DNA of 45,909 nucleotides from the NCBI GenBank assembly GCA_003990765.1, contig RBNJ01000056.1, positions 1 through 45,909 on the forward strand, read 5' to 3'. Shown piece after piece: positions 13,278 to 24,977 of this stretch; within the stretch, counting starts at the first letter, position 1, and each line of letters starts with the position of its first letter. The position numbers and the translations under genes are program-made. The DNA comes from Jimgerdemannia flammicorona. Its lineage: Eukaryota. Under the pieces are notes generated by a model. That model was not told the origin of the DNA and made no database searches. It saw only the letters and a list, made by a program, of their open reading frames with translations.

Positions 13278-13282
<5 letters not shown>
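11802..13282 (+). mobile_element. DIRS-type retrotransposon remnant: RNase H end, methyltransferase-like domain and tyrosine recombinase (all degenerate)
   Basis: ENIQTDLLS (~11853; N..AD.LSR), IDLFTS (~11961; IDLFAS), IDAF...AYTNSS (DAF..W...Y.xPP), WDIS (~12637) and YLFIS...SSTKALKR*IPIDEMLKSGNWSSKITFEYHY (12959-13215), the typical DIRS YR C-terminus. Domain order RH-MT-YR is that of DIRS elements. Confidence 0.78.
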
Positions 13283-13346
<64 letters not shown>

Positions 13347-14374
13347 CTATCTATCGCTTTATTGATGCAAAGCTAGTGTACATATACGATAAAATATTCT
13401 GGGAAATGCAGAATAAGGCAGACAAAAGGTCGAACTCAAACATATTTGGGAAATAGAGAGGGAATAATCCGATTATGCGCTCATTGTCTTCACATCTCCA
13501 CCCTCTTCGGTTTGTACCCAATTGCACCAGGGACTTTAACCCAGCTCTCATTCTCCTTCATCCCATCGAGGATTTCCAACAATAGCTTGTCATACTCCTC
13601 ATCACTCCTAGCACAGGCGCAATTAGCGGTTTGAGAGCCACAAACGCCGAGTGTATCGACTTGCTACACATGTCGCCTACAGGACCATGCCCTAGGGGAC
13701 ACGAAAGATAATCACCTCGCACGTCCACATGCCCCGCGTCTAAAAGCAGCGACGGTAATTGCTCTGAAATGGAAATGTCTGTACCTTGGGAAGCCATCAC
13801 TTAGGCTTTGTAATAGCGGTCGTAGGCAGCCGGATTAGTTAGTTGAATTCGGTGAGCTCGACAACACCGCCCGGGGCCGTGATCTGGTCGAGCTCACGGG
13901 TCGCGACGTGCCAGTCTGAAGGCAATCATCATGAGCCTCTGAAATACGAAGTCGAAGCTCTCGTCCTCGAACAGCAGACCTTCGAGTGTGTTCGCGCGCA
14001 TGAAGGAACAATTTTAAGGGATATCTTTCCTGGAAAAACGGTTGCGCAATCGATTCCGACGAAGGTGGAGTTGGTAATCCGAAGCCATTTCTATTATCCA
14101 CCTTCCGGACCACGTGGATTCCCTCCTCCAGATTTTTGTCAAGGGGTGCGCTAAAATTAGCGTTAACGAGATGCCGGATCACGTAGTGCTGATAATCGAG
14201 CTGGTTGAGCTCCTCGTTGTCACAGGGAAGCATGTAGTTTGTATTTCCCTCGGTCATGAATGCCCTCTTGTGGATGATGCGGAACCCTTCTGGGAAAGAG
14301 CTACCAGTGCTGTCGCTGGTCGGATGAAAGGGGAGTAGAAAAAATAACGGAAAGGATATATATACCATTGACGC
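13283..14374 (-). pseudogene. Processed pseudogene (retrocopy) of a class I SAM-dependent methyltransferase (LaeA/Methyltransf_25-like family)
   Basis: Reads YMLPCDNEELNQLDYQHY...GIHV/GRWIIEMASDY/STFVGID/NTLEGLLFEDESFDFVFQR/APGGVVELTE...AIGYKP, stop at 13490, with several frameshifts. AATAAA (13358-13363) lies 16 nt before a 59-nt poly(A) (13283-13341). 16-bp TSD CATTTATATAGTTCTC at 13267-13282 and 14375-14390. Confidence 0.9.
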
Positions 14375-14390
14375 CATTTATATAGTTCTC

Positions 14391-14830
14391 AAACACAAGG
14401 CCTCTATACTAGCCTGGTGCTCTACTTACCTATGGTCTACAAACAACCAACTCTAAAATGGTCTGGAACAAAGTGATGCTTAGTCCTAGACAGATGAGGT
14501 GCTGTAGGCACTGAAGTCTGTCCCAGACTTTGTGAGCATGTGGACAACCATGAAGAGTTGGTTTCCTGCCCTTGTCTGTCATTCTTAAACAACCCTACCC
14601 TCTTCCTTTCTTTATTGGGTTTTTGTTTTCTTTTTCTATCCTGTTTGGCTTCCTGGGCATCTTCGTTGCCCAGCCCCCATTTTCTCTCTGGCTCACGTGC
14701 CAAGCTTTTTGGGCTAAGGGACTCCACAGGAGTTGAGAGGTTCTTTTATTGGGACTACTGTCTTACTATATCTCAATCACATATGTCCGTAGAACATGTT
14801 ATTTCACACATAAGACATGTCTAAGACACT
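14391..14830 (+). mobile_element. Probable 3' non-coding continuation of the DIRS remnant
   Basis: Contiguous with the YR region once the retrocopy is removed. CpG-poor until ~14830, where CpG-rich DNA starts abruptly. Terminal repeats were not resolved. Confidence 0.4.
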
Positions 14831-16122
14831 ACAAATAAAGCACGCCATTGCCTTCGGAACGGCAGAAACCAACTCTTCACGGTCCTCCACAATGCTCGCA
14901 AAGTCTGGGACAGATTTCGGTGCCTACGGCACCTCGTCCGTCCGGGACTACGGAATGACGTATTCATAACCTGTGATCGACTGCGTCTGCAGCTCTGTCT
15001 CATTTCAGATACATTGTTTGCATGCTGCGGTTCAGGTAGAAAGCAAATATTCTGAATACCGTCCTAATTATATATTATATTACTGTATTTGTGCAGCAGG
15101 CGAGCCACAACGCTACAACCCAATTGCATTATGGCGAAGGAAACCAACGATGACTGGCCCAGTACTGTAATCAGCTGGCACAGACTCGTGTTCGTTGAGA
15201 TCAAGCACCAGACCAAACCCGAGTCCCAACGCGAGGGTCGAGATTGTACACAACCTCCATCCACTTATCCTCGCGTCCCCTTGCTGACTCCTCCACCCCT
15301 CCTGCCGACAAGGGAAAAAGATTTCACCTCCACCGTATTATCCTCAACAACTTCGCCGCCTTTGCCTCCTGCCGCAATCTGCAATCCTACCACCACACAC
15401 GCGACTACAACCTTATCGTGCGATTCCACCATTGCCATGCCTCCGCTCCCCAACAATCCCCCCGACAACATGACCCCAGCTCGGATATTCACACCCTCGT
15501 CGTCTAGCTTGCCATCTCCTGCTCCCATATCAAAGGCCTCGAGCTCATTTGTCCCCGTTCAAGCTCACCAGCGACGCAACCCTGAGCAAATCGCCACTTC
15601 TAATCTAAGAAGGGTCCGTGCACCAAATATTATGTTTCGAGTGGCGGACCCGTTGTGAGACACCAACGGCAAGCCTGTTATATGCCACATGCTATCTACA
15701 AGATGGATTCCATAAATATAACGCGCCCCATTCCCTGGGTTGGGCTGCATTTCGATAATTGACCGTTTGTGCTTTCGCGAGCACGAAATTACTCAATACC
15801 CGCACTTTGAAAATTCTCACGAGATAGCCCATTTTAAAAGATGTTTGGCTACCTTCAATTATCCAATGAGAGATCTATTCGGAGCGCGTGTCAATGGGAA
15901 ATGACCACAATTTCGTGCTTAAAGTGATCTCTAATCTAGGTTTCTTTCTACACTCACAGCTTATTGCTCATCGCTTGCGCGTTACGTTCATGTTTTTCCC
16001 GCACTCCTTTTCCGATAGGCCCGTCTCCTCTTCCAGTATTAATCTATTTTACTCGCTCAGTACGTACCTTAAAAAAAATAAAATAAATTAAAACCAAAAA
16101 AAAAATAACAAAGAAATATATA

Positions 16123-16125
<3 letters not shown>

Positions 16126-16216
<91 letters not shown>
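16126..16216 (+). repeat. Poly(A) run followed by (GA)n
   Basis: About 91 consecutive A followed by GGGAGAGAGAG. Confidence 0.95.
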
Positions 16217-16219
<3 letters not shown>

Positions 16220-17129
16220 AGAGAGAGAGAGAGAGAATATTCCAGTCAGATAGACATATTCTTAGAAGAGGCGGTAGACTGAAAACTAACGAGTTAAAAT
16301 TCTTGTAATTATGATGTGCAGTCACATAAGAATTTGTTGACACAAGTTAGTGGATTGCGGAGATTTTTACAGCTCCAAAGTCACGATAGCAAACTATGAG
16401 GAAGTCGAGCTTATCACACAGCAAACGACATTTCCCGCTTTTAGCAAACAGCCATTTTTAAGAAAATAATATATTCGAATAAGGTCGCGCATTTCATCTG
16501 AGCTCCAATTCTGTGGATAAACCAGGGAATCGGCGACTGATTGTCAGGTGACGCCTCACTCAAATTGTGTTCAGTGTACAAATTTTTGGGAGATTGTGAA
16601 GCATTCCCTCGGGTGTAGGGTGTGAACATTGATAACAAGTAGTTTATTTCATACTGCTGCACCGACGATCGCACATGGTACCGATTCTGATTGTACTACG
16701 TGATCCCATTGTGTATCTGGTATCTAGTGACTGGCAAATTGGGCTCAGATATCCCTTCAAGGTAATTATATATTAGCATATCCAGATGTAAGGAAACGGC
16801 ACGTGACATGGTCGGTCATGCGACATCGAGATTCGGTCTTGGCAAGCGCCACACTACTCTTTCTTCCCTCCCTTGTCCAAGTCCACACTCTACACCCTGC
16901 TGTAATGACGGACTGCCCCCTCCTACTGCCATAAGGCACCCTGCTGTGAACGCACTGCACTCCACGGCCTCTCCATACCCTGCTGCAATGACGAACCGTC
17001 GAAATCGCTGTGAATACCGCAGTGGTTGTATTTTCACATCTTGGGAGGTCATTTGGGAAATATTTCGCTGAGGTTGGGTCTTGGGGTCATTCTGAAAATA
17101 TTTCGCGGTTGCTAGAAGCCACTTTGTTA

Positions 17130-18090
17130 TTGTCGTCGTTCTGCGCTTAGTCGTCGTTCATCGTTCTACGCTTAGTTGTCGTTCATCGTTCTGCGCTTAG
17201 TCGTCCATCGTCCGTCGTCATCATCGCTTAGTCTTGTCGTTCATAATCGTTCTGGGCTTGGCCGTTCGCGATTAGTCATCGTTCTGCGCTTAGTAGTCGT
17301 CGTTATTAGTCTTTCTTCACCGTTCATTGTCCATTGCCCTTCTGCGGTTAGCCGTCATCGTTCTGCGCTACTTTGGGCTTAGTCGTCGTTTATCGCTGCT
17401 CTGGATATCGCTGTTCCGGGTTTAGTCGTCGTTTGTTGTCATTCTACTCTTGATCGTCGTCATCGTTCTGCGCTTAGTCGTCGTCGTTCAGCATCTTTCC
17501 GTTCATCGTCCTTCGGTGCTTAGTCGTACATTCTGTACTGCTCTGAGTTTAGTCGTCGTTTACCGTCTTTCTGCGCTTGGTCGTCGTTCATCGTCATTCT
17601 GCGCTTGGTCATTGTTCATCGCTCTCTGGGCTTGGTCATATTCATCGCCGTTCTGCGCTTAGTCATCGTTCTGCGCTTTGTCGTCGTCATCGTTCTGCGC
17701 TTAGCACTCAGTCGTCGCCATCGTTCGTCGTTATTCTGCTCTGCGCTTAGTCGTGTTAATCGAGATAGGTTCATTCTGCGCTTGGTCGTCCGTCCATCGT
17801 CCTCATCGCTGTTCGATGCTTAGTCGTCATTCATTGCCGTTCTGCGTAGTCATCATTCTGCGCTGCACTGGGTTTAGTTGTCGTTCATCGTTCATCATCG
17901 CCGTGCGGAACTTAGTCGTCGGTCGTTGCTGTTCTGCGCTTAATTATCATCGTTCTGCGTTTAGTCTATATTCATCGCTATTTTGCACTTGGTGTCATTC
18001 ATCATCATTCTGCACTTAGCCGTCTGTCATCATGTCCTGTGCTTAGTCATTGTTCTGGACTTAGTCGTTGGCTGTCATCCGTCTTTCAAC
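17130..18090. repeat. Degenerate minisatellite, unit approximately CGTTCTGCGCTTAGTCGTCGTTCAT
   Basis: Dozens of variants of TTCTGCGCTT(A/G)GTC with TCG/TCA triplets. CpG-rich, no long ORF. Confidence 0.9.
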
Positions 18091-18844
18091 TCATTTATAT
18101 GTAAATTAGCTTTAGTTAGTCTTACTCACTCATTATTTTTATTTCTAGTAATCTTGGTATTATAATAATAATAAAAGCAATTCTAATGGTATCAGACAGT
18201 ACAAACATAATCAGAACAGATGTACACCAGAGCTGTTCCAGATATATGCTAGAGCTTTTCCAGATATACGCTAGAGCTGTTCCAGGTACATACCAGATAT
18301 GTATCTAGGCCACGGAACAGTCCTCAAGATAATGCGCCATTGTGACTGCGAATTTGTATCATATGGACCGTGCGATTTTTCACATGTATCGGTCGAAATA
18401 GGTGACATGAGCTGAATAAGAATATTCAGCGTTTGATAGTCCAACACTGGGCCTTGGCTTTCATTCAACTTCATTGAACCGCAGTCAATTTTCACGTGGT
18501 CTTACCCTACTTCGCACCTCGTTAAGCAACCAATCCATTCCCAAGTTTTCCATTCCCCACCCATACCGCATGTTTAGTCTCTGGACCGGATCCTTAAAAC
18601 GACGTTCCTTCATGCTTTTTCTGCCCAAAAATAAAGACTAACTATATGATAGCGGAACGTTGATAGACAAGTGGGTAGGGGACTATCGCAAAATCGCCGA
18701 TGTGTCACTTTTGGGGATTAGGCTTTGTGAAACCATATGTCCTGACGATCTGGCGAAAGCCCCGTGACCGGATACGGTGAGACAAGTAAATACCATCATA
18801 AATAAGACATACCCGACTTTCTCACCAGTCACCCAACATACATC

Positions 18845-21010
18845 ATGAACGAAGACGATTACGATTACGAATCATGGAAAACAATTGAACTCGAAAGATA
18901 TGGGCAAGTGAAACTCTCGGATCCCATCACTAACATTCGCCTGCTCATCTCTGAATTGAAGGTATGCTATTTCATCCAAATGTCATACGTGCGGTTTTCG
19001 GCCTACTCCCCACACGCGCTGACACATTCTCACCCTCGAACAGACCACATACTGGGGGACCATCGATTCGATATTATGGTCCACAGTCAACGTTGTGGTT
19101 TTCGCCGCCTTCTGCTGGCTTCTACCCATTTGGACAGTGCTGCAATTCACGCTCCGCACCGCCTCTAAAAAAACCACCGGCATCCCACATGTGTATAAGA
19201 AATACAACGAGAAACTTACAAACGAATTCTGGCTTCAGCTTGTCGAAAAGCTGACTCACAATACGCAAGACGCTTCGTTCGACCTGGATCTCGCCGAATT
19301 CCATGCAGTACTGACGTCATTGGCTAATGAGCCCGTAGAGTTGGTTGATGACATAATCAAAATGTGGAATCGAGACATCGGGTTAACCTACCATCGATTC
19401 GGGCATGAAGGTGGGTTTGGTGGGGCGTGGTGTAACACTGTGCGAATAGCCACAATCTGATATGTAATGTTTCACGACAGGTTGTGTAATCACCATGGTG
19501 TATAGCGTGCAGAAGAACTTTGTGGTCCTTGCCTTCAAAGGTTCCAGCGTGTTCAATCTCTCAGAGTGGCTCATCCACGCCACGACACGAAAAATACCTG
19601 CCAAGAACAGCGTACTGCCAGGCCTGGTGCATGCGGTAAGCACCGTCAGCCGCAACTCGGATGACATGGTCGCAATCTTCAATACTCACACCACCTTGTT
19701 GGATTCTATGATGAATTGACAGGGTTTCTACAGCGCCCTTGGGTTCTCCACAAAGTCGAAAGCCACACCTGACATGGAGGGGTCGGCAACATTCGGGAAT
19801 GGTCAATACAAAGCACCTGTCGAATTCGATGTAAAAAGCGTGGACGTCACCGACGAAATCGAGGACCGCCATCTGGATGAAGTATACGAGAAGTACGATG
19901 GATCGGGAGAGGGCTTAATGAAGGTCAAGCTGATATACTTGAAGAGACAATTTGGGGAGCAGATTCCGCATTTGTGGATAACGGGACACAGCCTTGGCGC
20001 GGCCACAGCCACCATTTTCACATCCGTGTTGCTTTGGAAGAGAACAAAAAGGGGAAAAATCTCCGGGATTTACGGTGGCGTGGACATCGATTCCGTAAGT
20101 CGTTTTTGTTTCTGAACTGACTGATGGGTTGAATCATAGTTAAACTATTTGCATTTGTCCTCTTGCAGTGGTTCAAACTCCACGGCACGTTTACGTTCGG
20201 AAGCCCGCGTGTAGGAGACTCCGAGTAAGTCATATAGATAGATGCCATTACCTTGGTACATGTCACATGTCTTCCAATTAACCGAATTTGTTTGGTTCTC
20301 GACGGACGATGTATACGATAGCTGGAAAGATGCCATGGAAACAATTCTCCAAAATTCGTACCAGTTCCGACCGTGGGATCAGCCCAAATACCAATTCTGG
20401 AGGTGAGTTCGCTCCCATCCCTTCAGCACAAACGCTATTTTTTTTTTTTTTTTTTTTTCTTCAAGCCTCTCAATCCTAACCAAACCCCACTTTTCATTCG
20501 TAGGATTATCAACGCCAACGACATCGTCTGCTCCATCCCGCCAACGACTCTAGGCAGCTTCTTGAGTAAACAAGATAAATCCTCCAGAGCACCTGGCTTG
20601 ACGCTTAACGATTTCCACCATCTTGGTACACCACTGACCCTGGGGTACCATGGAAGTTTTCACAACTGGGATAAGGAGCGGACTATCCAAGACATGCTCA
20701 GGAACTTGGTGACGGAGTGGGTGTCCGTACCGGTAGACCTTTTGAGGGGTTCGTACTCCGAAAAAATCATGGCCATTTTGACTTTCACGACGCTGGGGAC
20801 GATCGGGCTCGTTAGGGATCATGACATAGGGTATGTTGTATTTTCTTCTTTATGGATTTGCATTTTGACTTTGTTCTCGTGACTCACGTTTTTCGCACGC
20901 TCCAATGTAGAGAATATATCAAGAACCTTCAAACTTTGGCAGACCTGTATGAGCGATATGAACGAAGTTATGCGGCGAAAGCAAAATTGGAAGGCCCAAC
21001 AGATGATTAA
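18845..21010 (+). CDS. Class 3 (fungal triacylglycerol) lipase, alpha/beta hydrolase, 8 exons, 524 aa
   Basis: Exons 18845-18961, 19044-19410, 19481-19635, 19723-20094, 20169-20224, 20322-20402, 20504-20830 and 20911-21010. All introns are GT-AG and the exons sum to 1575 nt in frame. Motifs VLAFKGS, VHAGFY, ITGHSLGAA, TFGSPRVGD, RIINANDIVCSIP and DH give a full Ser-Asp-His triad. Confidence 0.93.
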
Positions 21011-21045
21011 ACCAAGTCATTTATGTAAATGTTCGTTAGTAAATG

Positions 21046-21046
<1 letters not shown>

Positions 21047-21122
<76 letters not shown>
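21047..21122 (+). repeat. Poly(T) run downstream of the lipase
   Basis: About 76 consecutive T. Confidence 0.95.
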
Positions 21123-21123
<1 letters not shown>

Positions 21124-21299
21124 TTAGTTTATCACTATTATTATTTTTGCTTTCAATTTTGCTTTGTTTTCACCGTTGTCGTCTCGCTGCCAAATCTCGA
21201 AATGGCAAAATTTATAAATAAATTGAGTCTTACGATGCACAGAACAACTATCTACTGTAATGCTACGGGGGCTCACACTGTTCGTAGATCGGGTCACGA

Positions 21300-21948
21300 A
21301 AGTCGGATTGTTTGAGGAAGTACACTCAGTGGTTGTGCGGAATACGTCGAGACCTTCGGGTGGAACTCGAGCAGGAAGCGGGATTCGGAGGGAAGCGGAA
21401 TTTGGACGACAGGGAGTCGGAAGGGGGAACGGAATTCGGACGACAAGAAGTTGGAAGGGAAACGGAGTCCGGACGACAAGTCGGAAAGGGGAAACAGAAT
21501 TCGGGCGAGGGAACGTGAAGTAAATTCAGGTAGGAGACGAGGGGGAATTCGGATGAGGGATATGTTGGGATGGACGTGCGGGATCAGAACAGGATTAGCT
21601 GAACACTGGCAAGCGGAATTCGAAGGGGGGAAGCGAATTCAGATGGAAAACGGATGAGGGACCCCGAGTGGGACAGAATTCGGAGGAGGGATGTGTTGGA
21701 GAGGATTTGGAAACGGACGTCGGGTTGAGCTGAACTCAGGCAGGCGGAATTCGAAGGGAAAACGAATTCAGAATTCGGGCGACGGGAAGTCGGAAGAGTC
21801 GGTGGAAACGCACTCGGAAAAGGACCCCCGGTCGGAATATGTGGAAAGGGAACTTGGAAAAAGAGACATGAGAAAAATAGAGGTGCTGGAATGGAAAGGA
21901 TGTAAACACAGAAGGAAAGGAGAACTCGAAAAAGAATGCTAGAATTTG

Positions 21949-22005
<57 letters not shown>
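21300..22005 (+). repeat. Purine-rich low-complexity repeat with recurring (G/C)GGAATTC(G/A)G, ending in poly(A) at 21949-22005
   Basis: About nine GAATTC copies among GGAAG/GACGA units. CpG retained. Confidence 0.7.
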
Positions 22006-22007
<2 letters not shown>

Positions 22008-22429
22008 GGAACTTGAGAGACCGGACTCAGAATGAAAAGCTGGTGAGTATACAAAATAAAATACTTTACAATTCTGAATGATGACGTAATTCAGTCTAAT
22101 TTTAATGCTTACTACTTAAAGTTATAAAGCTAATTAAGATAAAGACAGAGAGTTAGCAGTAAGGTAGAGAAAAGATATTATTTTGGTGACTTGTGAGCAA
22201 ACCTGAGAACTGCTTTATTCATATTCAAGCTACTAAAGTATTCATATAAATTTATCAACTAAATTATAAGAGTAGTAGATAAAAAGAGAAAATATTAAAT
22301 ATTAAAATAAATATAGCTGATCTGTATATACTAAATATTTCGAGCTAAAATGAATACAGCAGTTAAAATGTGAAACACTAGGATGAATAAAGCAGATTTG
22401 CATATACTGAAGATTTAGAGACTACACAT

Positions 22430-24440
22430 GTGACAACTTTATCGCGCGATTTCACGAATGTCATGCCTCCGCTCCTAACAATCCTCCCGGATATCGGACA
22501 TGACCCCAGCCCGGATATTCCCACCCTTGTCGTCTAGCTTTCTGTCTCCTGCTCCTGTCCCAAAGGCCTCGAGCTCATTTGTTCCTGTTCAAGCTCTTCA
22601 GCGACGCCATCCTCCAACCCTCAGATCTCACGATGCGGTTTTTTGTCTCTACCTCACAATCCTCTCCTTCGCCGATAACGCAAGTGCTCAGGAGAGATGC
22701 TATGTATCTCTGCCGGCTTGATATTAGGGATTGTCCCGTGGGTCAGAACCGGAGGCATCGGCTCTGACGATCGACAGTGACCGGAACTGGCGCTTCTGCG
22801 GATACGTGTTACGCGATTAGACCAGAATTTGTTCAGATAGGGGCGACAAGCTGCATAAGATTTTGATATCTGAATAGGTGAAGATCGAGCCAGATGAAGA
22901 TACGCAGTTAACGGGGCGAGAGCCTTATGCGGCGGAAGATGTGAGACTGCATTTGTATTGGGAGGAGGGAAATGACAAATATTACCGATATGGATGACGA
23001 AGTATTTAATGACGACAAGGGGGTTGTCGGCGTGGGATAAGAGGCATGCTAGACTGACAGTCAATGGGTACGCACAGGTGAATTTGGAACGCTGCGCTAT
23101 AATTCCGCAGAAGAATACACAACATGGGACTCAGTGTGAATTGAATCGATTCGTGCACATAATAAAAAAAAATTCTAGTCGGTAACCATTTCTCACCAAT
23201 ATTTTAAATGTTGCCATTTCTAATCTGAGAAGGTTCCGTGCACCAATTGTTATGCCCCGAGCAGAGTACCCCTGTTATACGCCGCATTACTAATCTACAG
23301 GCCAGAGGGATTCCATAAACATAACGAATCCTTTCATTGCCCTTTTGTGCTTTCGCGAGCACGAAATTACCTCTGAGAGATAGGCATAGTCTTAAAGGGC
23401 GTGTCAATGAGAAATAACAGCTTAAAGCGACCCTCTGTCAACGTGTGGCCGTAATGTTCGAAACTTACGCTACGCCGCGCCAAGTCCCCCAACCACGTAA
23501 GCACGTACGAAAAAGAAACGCGCGAAAGGATCATTGTGGTCAGTGTATGTATTTGGGAAAAAATAAATGAGAGAAGGTGTGGTGAAACCGGCCCGCTTAT
23601 GAACATAAGATGAGAAGACGGGGGGGAGGGAGGTACCGAAAACGAGTACAGCATAGGTGAATGCGCGCTGAGCGTATGTGTAAAGACGGATGTATAGTGC
23701 GAGAGCGAAAGGAAGCGTTTCTAGCTAGTGTATATATACAACATGGGCGGGGCATTTTACAATCAGCCGAACGCCTAAAACCTCGTTCCACCCCGCCTTG
23801 CGCCTCGACGAGACATCCGCGCCCTCCGCCCCGTTGACTTGTGGGTTCTAACGAACCCCCTCATATCTAGGTTTCTTTCTACACTGATTTGCGGAACAAT
23901 TCTATCCGCCACATTAGAAGATTTTACAGCTACATAGTTACGATAGCAGACTATGATTATATCTCCAGCAAGTCGAGTTTATCACACAGCAAATGCCTGC
24001 AAACAGTCATTTATTTAAAAATAATAATATATGCGAATAAGGTCTCGAAGGGATCAGCAGCACCCCACACTCAAATTGTCGTGCAACAGCTTGAGAGATT
24101 GTACAGCATTTCCAGATTTAATTGAGTTTATTGCTATGATTATCCGGGTGCGAACATTGATAACAAGTAGCTTCGGAAATCGTACTGTACCGATTGTCTT
24201 CGACCTTACGAACGATCGCACATGATACTGATTCTGTTAGTATATACTACGTTGATTTGTTTGTGTTGCTCAATCACTTTTGTGAAAACCGAAATATGCG
24301 CGTTTGTCGGCTGATTCACTGTAATAGGACTGAGTAGAGTGAAAACCACATGTTTCATATGTTTCCGTTGAACAGAATAAGCGACATGGGCTGAATAGGA
24401 ATGTCCAGCGCTTTACGGTCCTTGCCTTTTATTCAACACT
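22430..24440 (+). repeat. Diverged segmental duplication, copy 2
   Basis: Same ordered blocks as 15405-18480, with reciprocal indels. Confidence 0.85.
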
Positions 24441-24977
24441 CTTTATAGATCCATCAACTTTAATATTTGAGGTTGGAGACACCAATAGTAAATAAAGTGA
24501 GCAAAAACCTTCTATCTTAAATCAGAGTACAGACAATAAAAATAATGATACCAGCCTCATACCTTAGTCTTATTAAATAATTTAATTAATATAGATATTA
24601 ATTTCTAAAGATAGAGAAATGTAATAAATATTATATAAAAAATAAGCAAAATATAAATAAGATGAATGAGGTGAATGAGGTGAGCAAAGTAATATAGAAA
24701 ACAATATTCTAAATATTAGGCTATAGTAATGAGCTACAGTATATAAACTATATATAGTAAAGTATAATTATTTAACTTATTATTTAATCTACTATAACTT
24801 GTATTTTTATTTTGAGTATAAATGAATAAACAGAGTAACTATATATTCTAAATATATCTAGAATATAAAGTTATCTGCTCAATTTAGCCTAGTATTAATT
24901 AATTAAAATTAATATACATTAGTTAGTCAATATGAATATCCCTAGTAGTAAATCTGAACAAATTCTTATATATATTA

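Larger units (their letters stand above)
15405..18480 (+). repeat. Diverged segmental duplication, copy 1 (lipase upstream region)
   Basis: Collinear blocks: 15405-15583~22430-22613, 15590-15905~23205-23418, 15934-15954~23865-23885, 16360-16705~23918-24256 and 18378-18470~24347-24437. Confidence 0.85.

Noticed and set aside
2671-13282. A single chimeric element combining gag-protease-dUTPase with a tyrosine recombinase
   Set aside because: The modules are on opposite strands. Copy G-B defines the Gypsy 5' boundary at 11801, which cuts the DIRS RNase H region, so this is nesting of two elements.
13835-14377. Functional 180-aa methyltransferase CDS from the ORF track
   Set aside because: The ATG lies in the TSD, motif I is deleted and the frame leaves homology after GIHV.
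15089-15658. 189-aa Pro/Ser/Thr-rich ORF
   Set aside because: No recognisable domain, and the duplicated copy at 22430-23260 has frame-breaking indels and a ~590-bp interruption.
16126-16216. Poly(A) as the tail of another retroposed insert (also 21047-21122)
   Set aside because: No flanking TSD or upstream element was found, and long homopolymers also occur in a lipase intron.
20949-22054. Poly-Phe ORFs
   Set aside because: These are translation artefacts of homopolymer runs.
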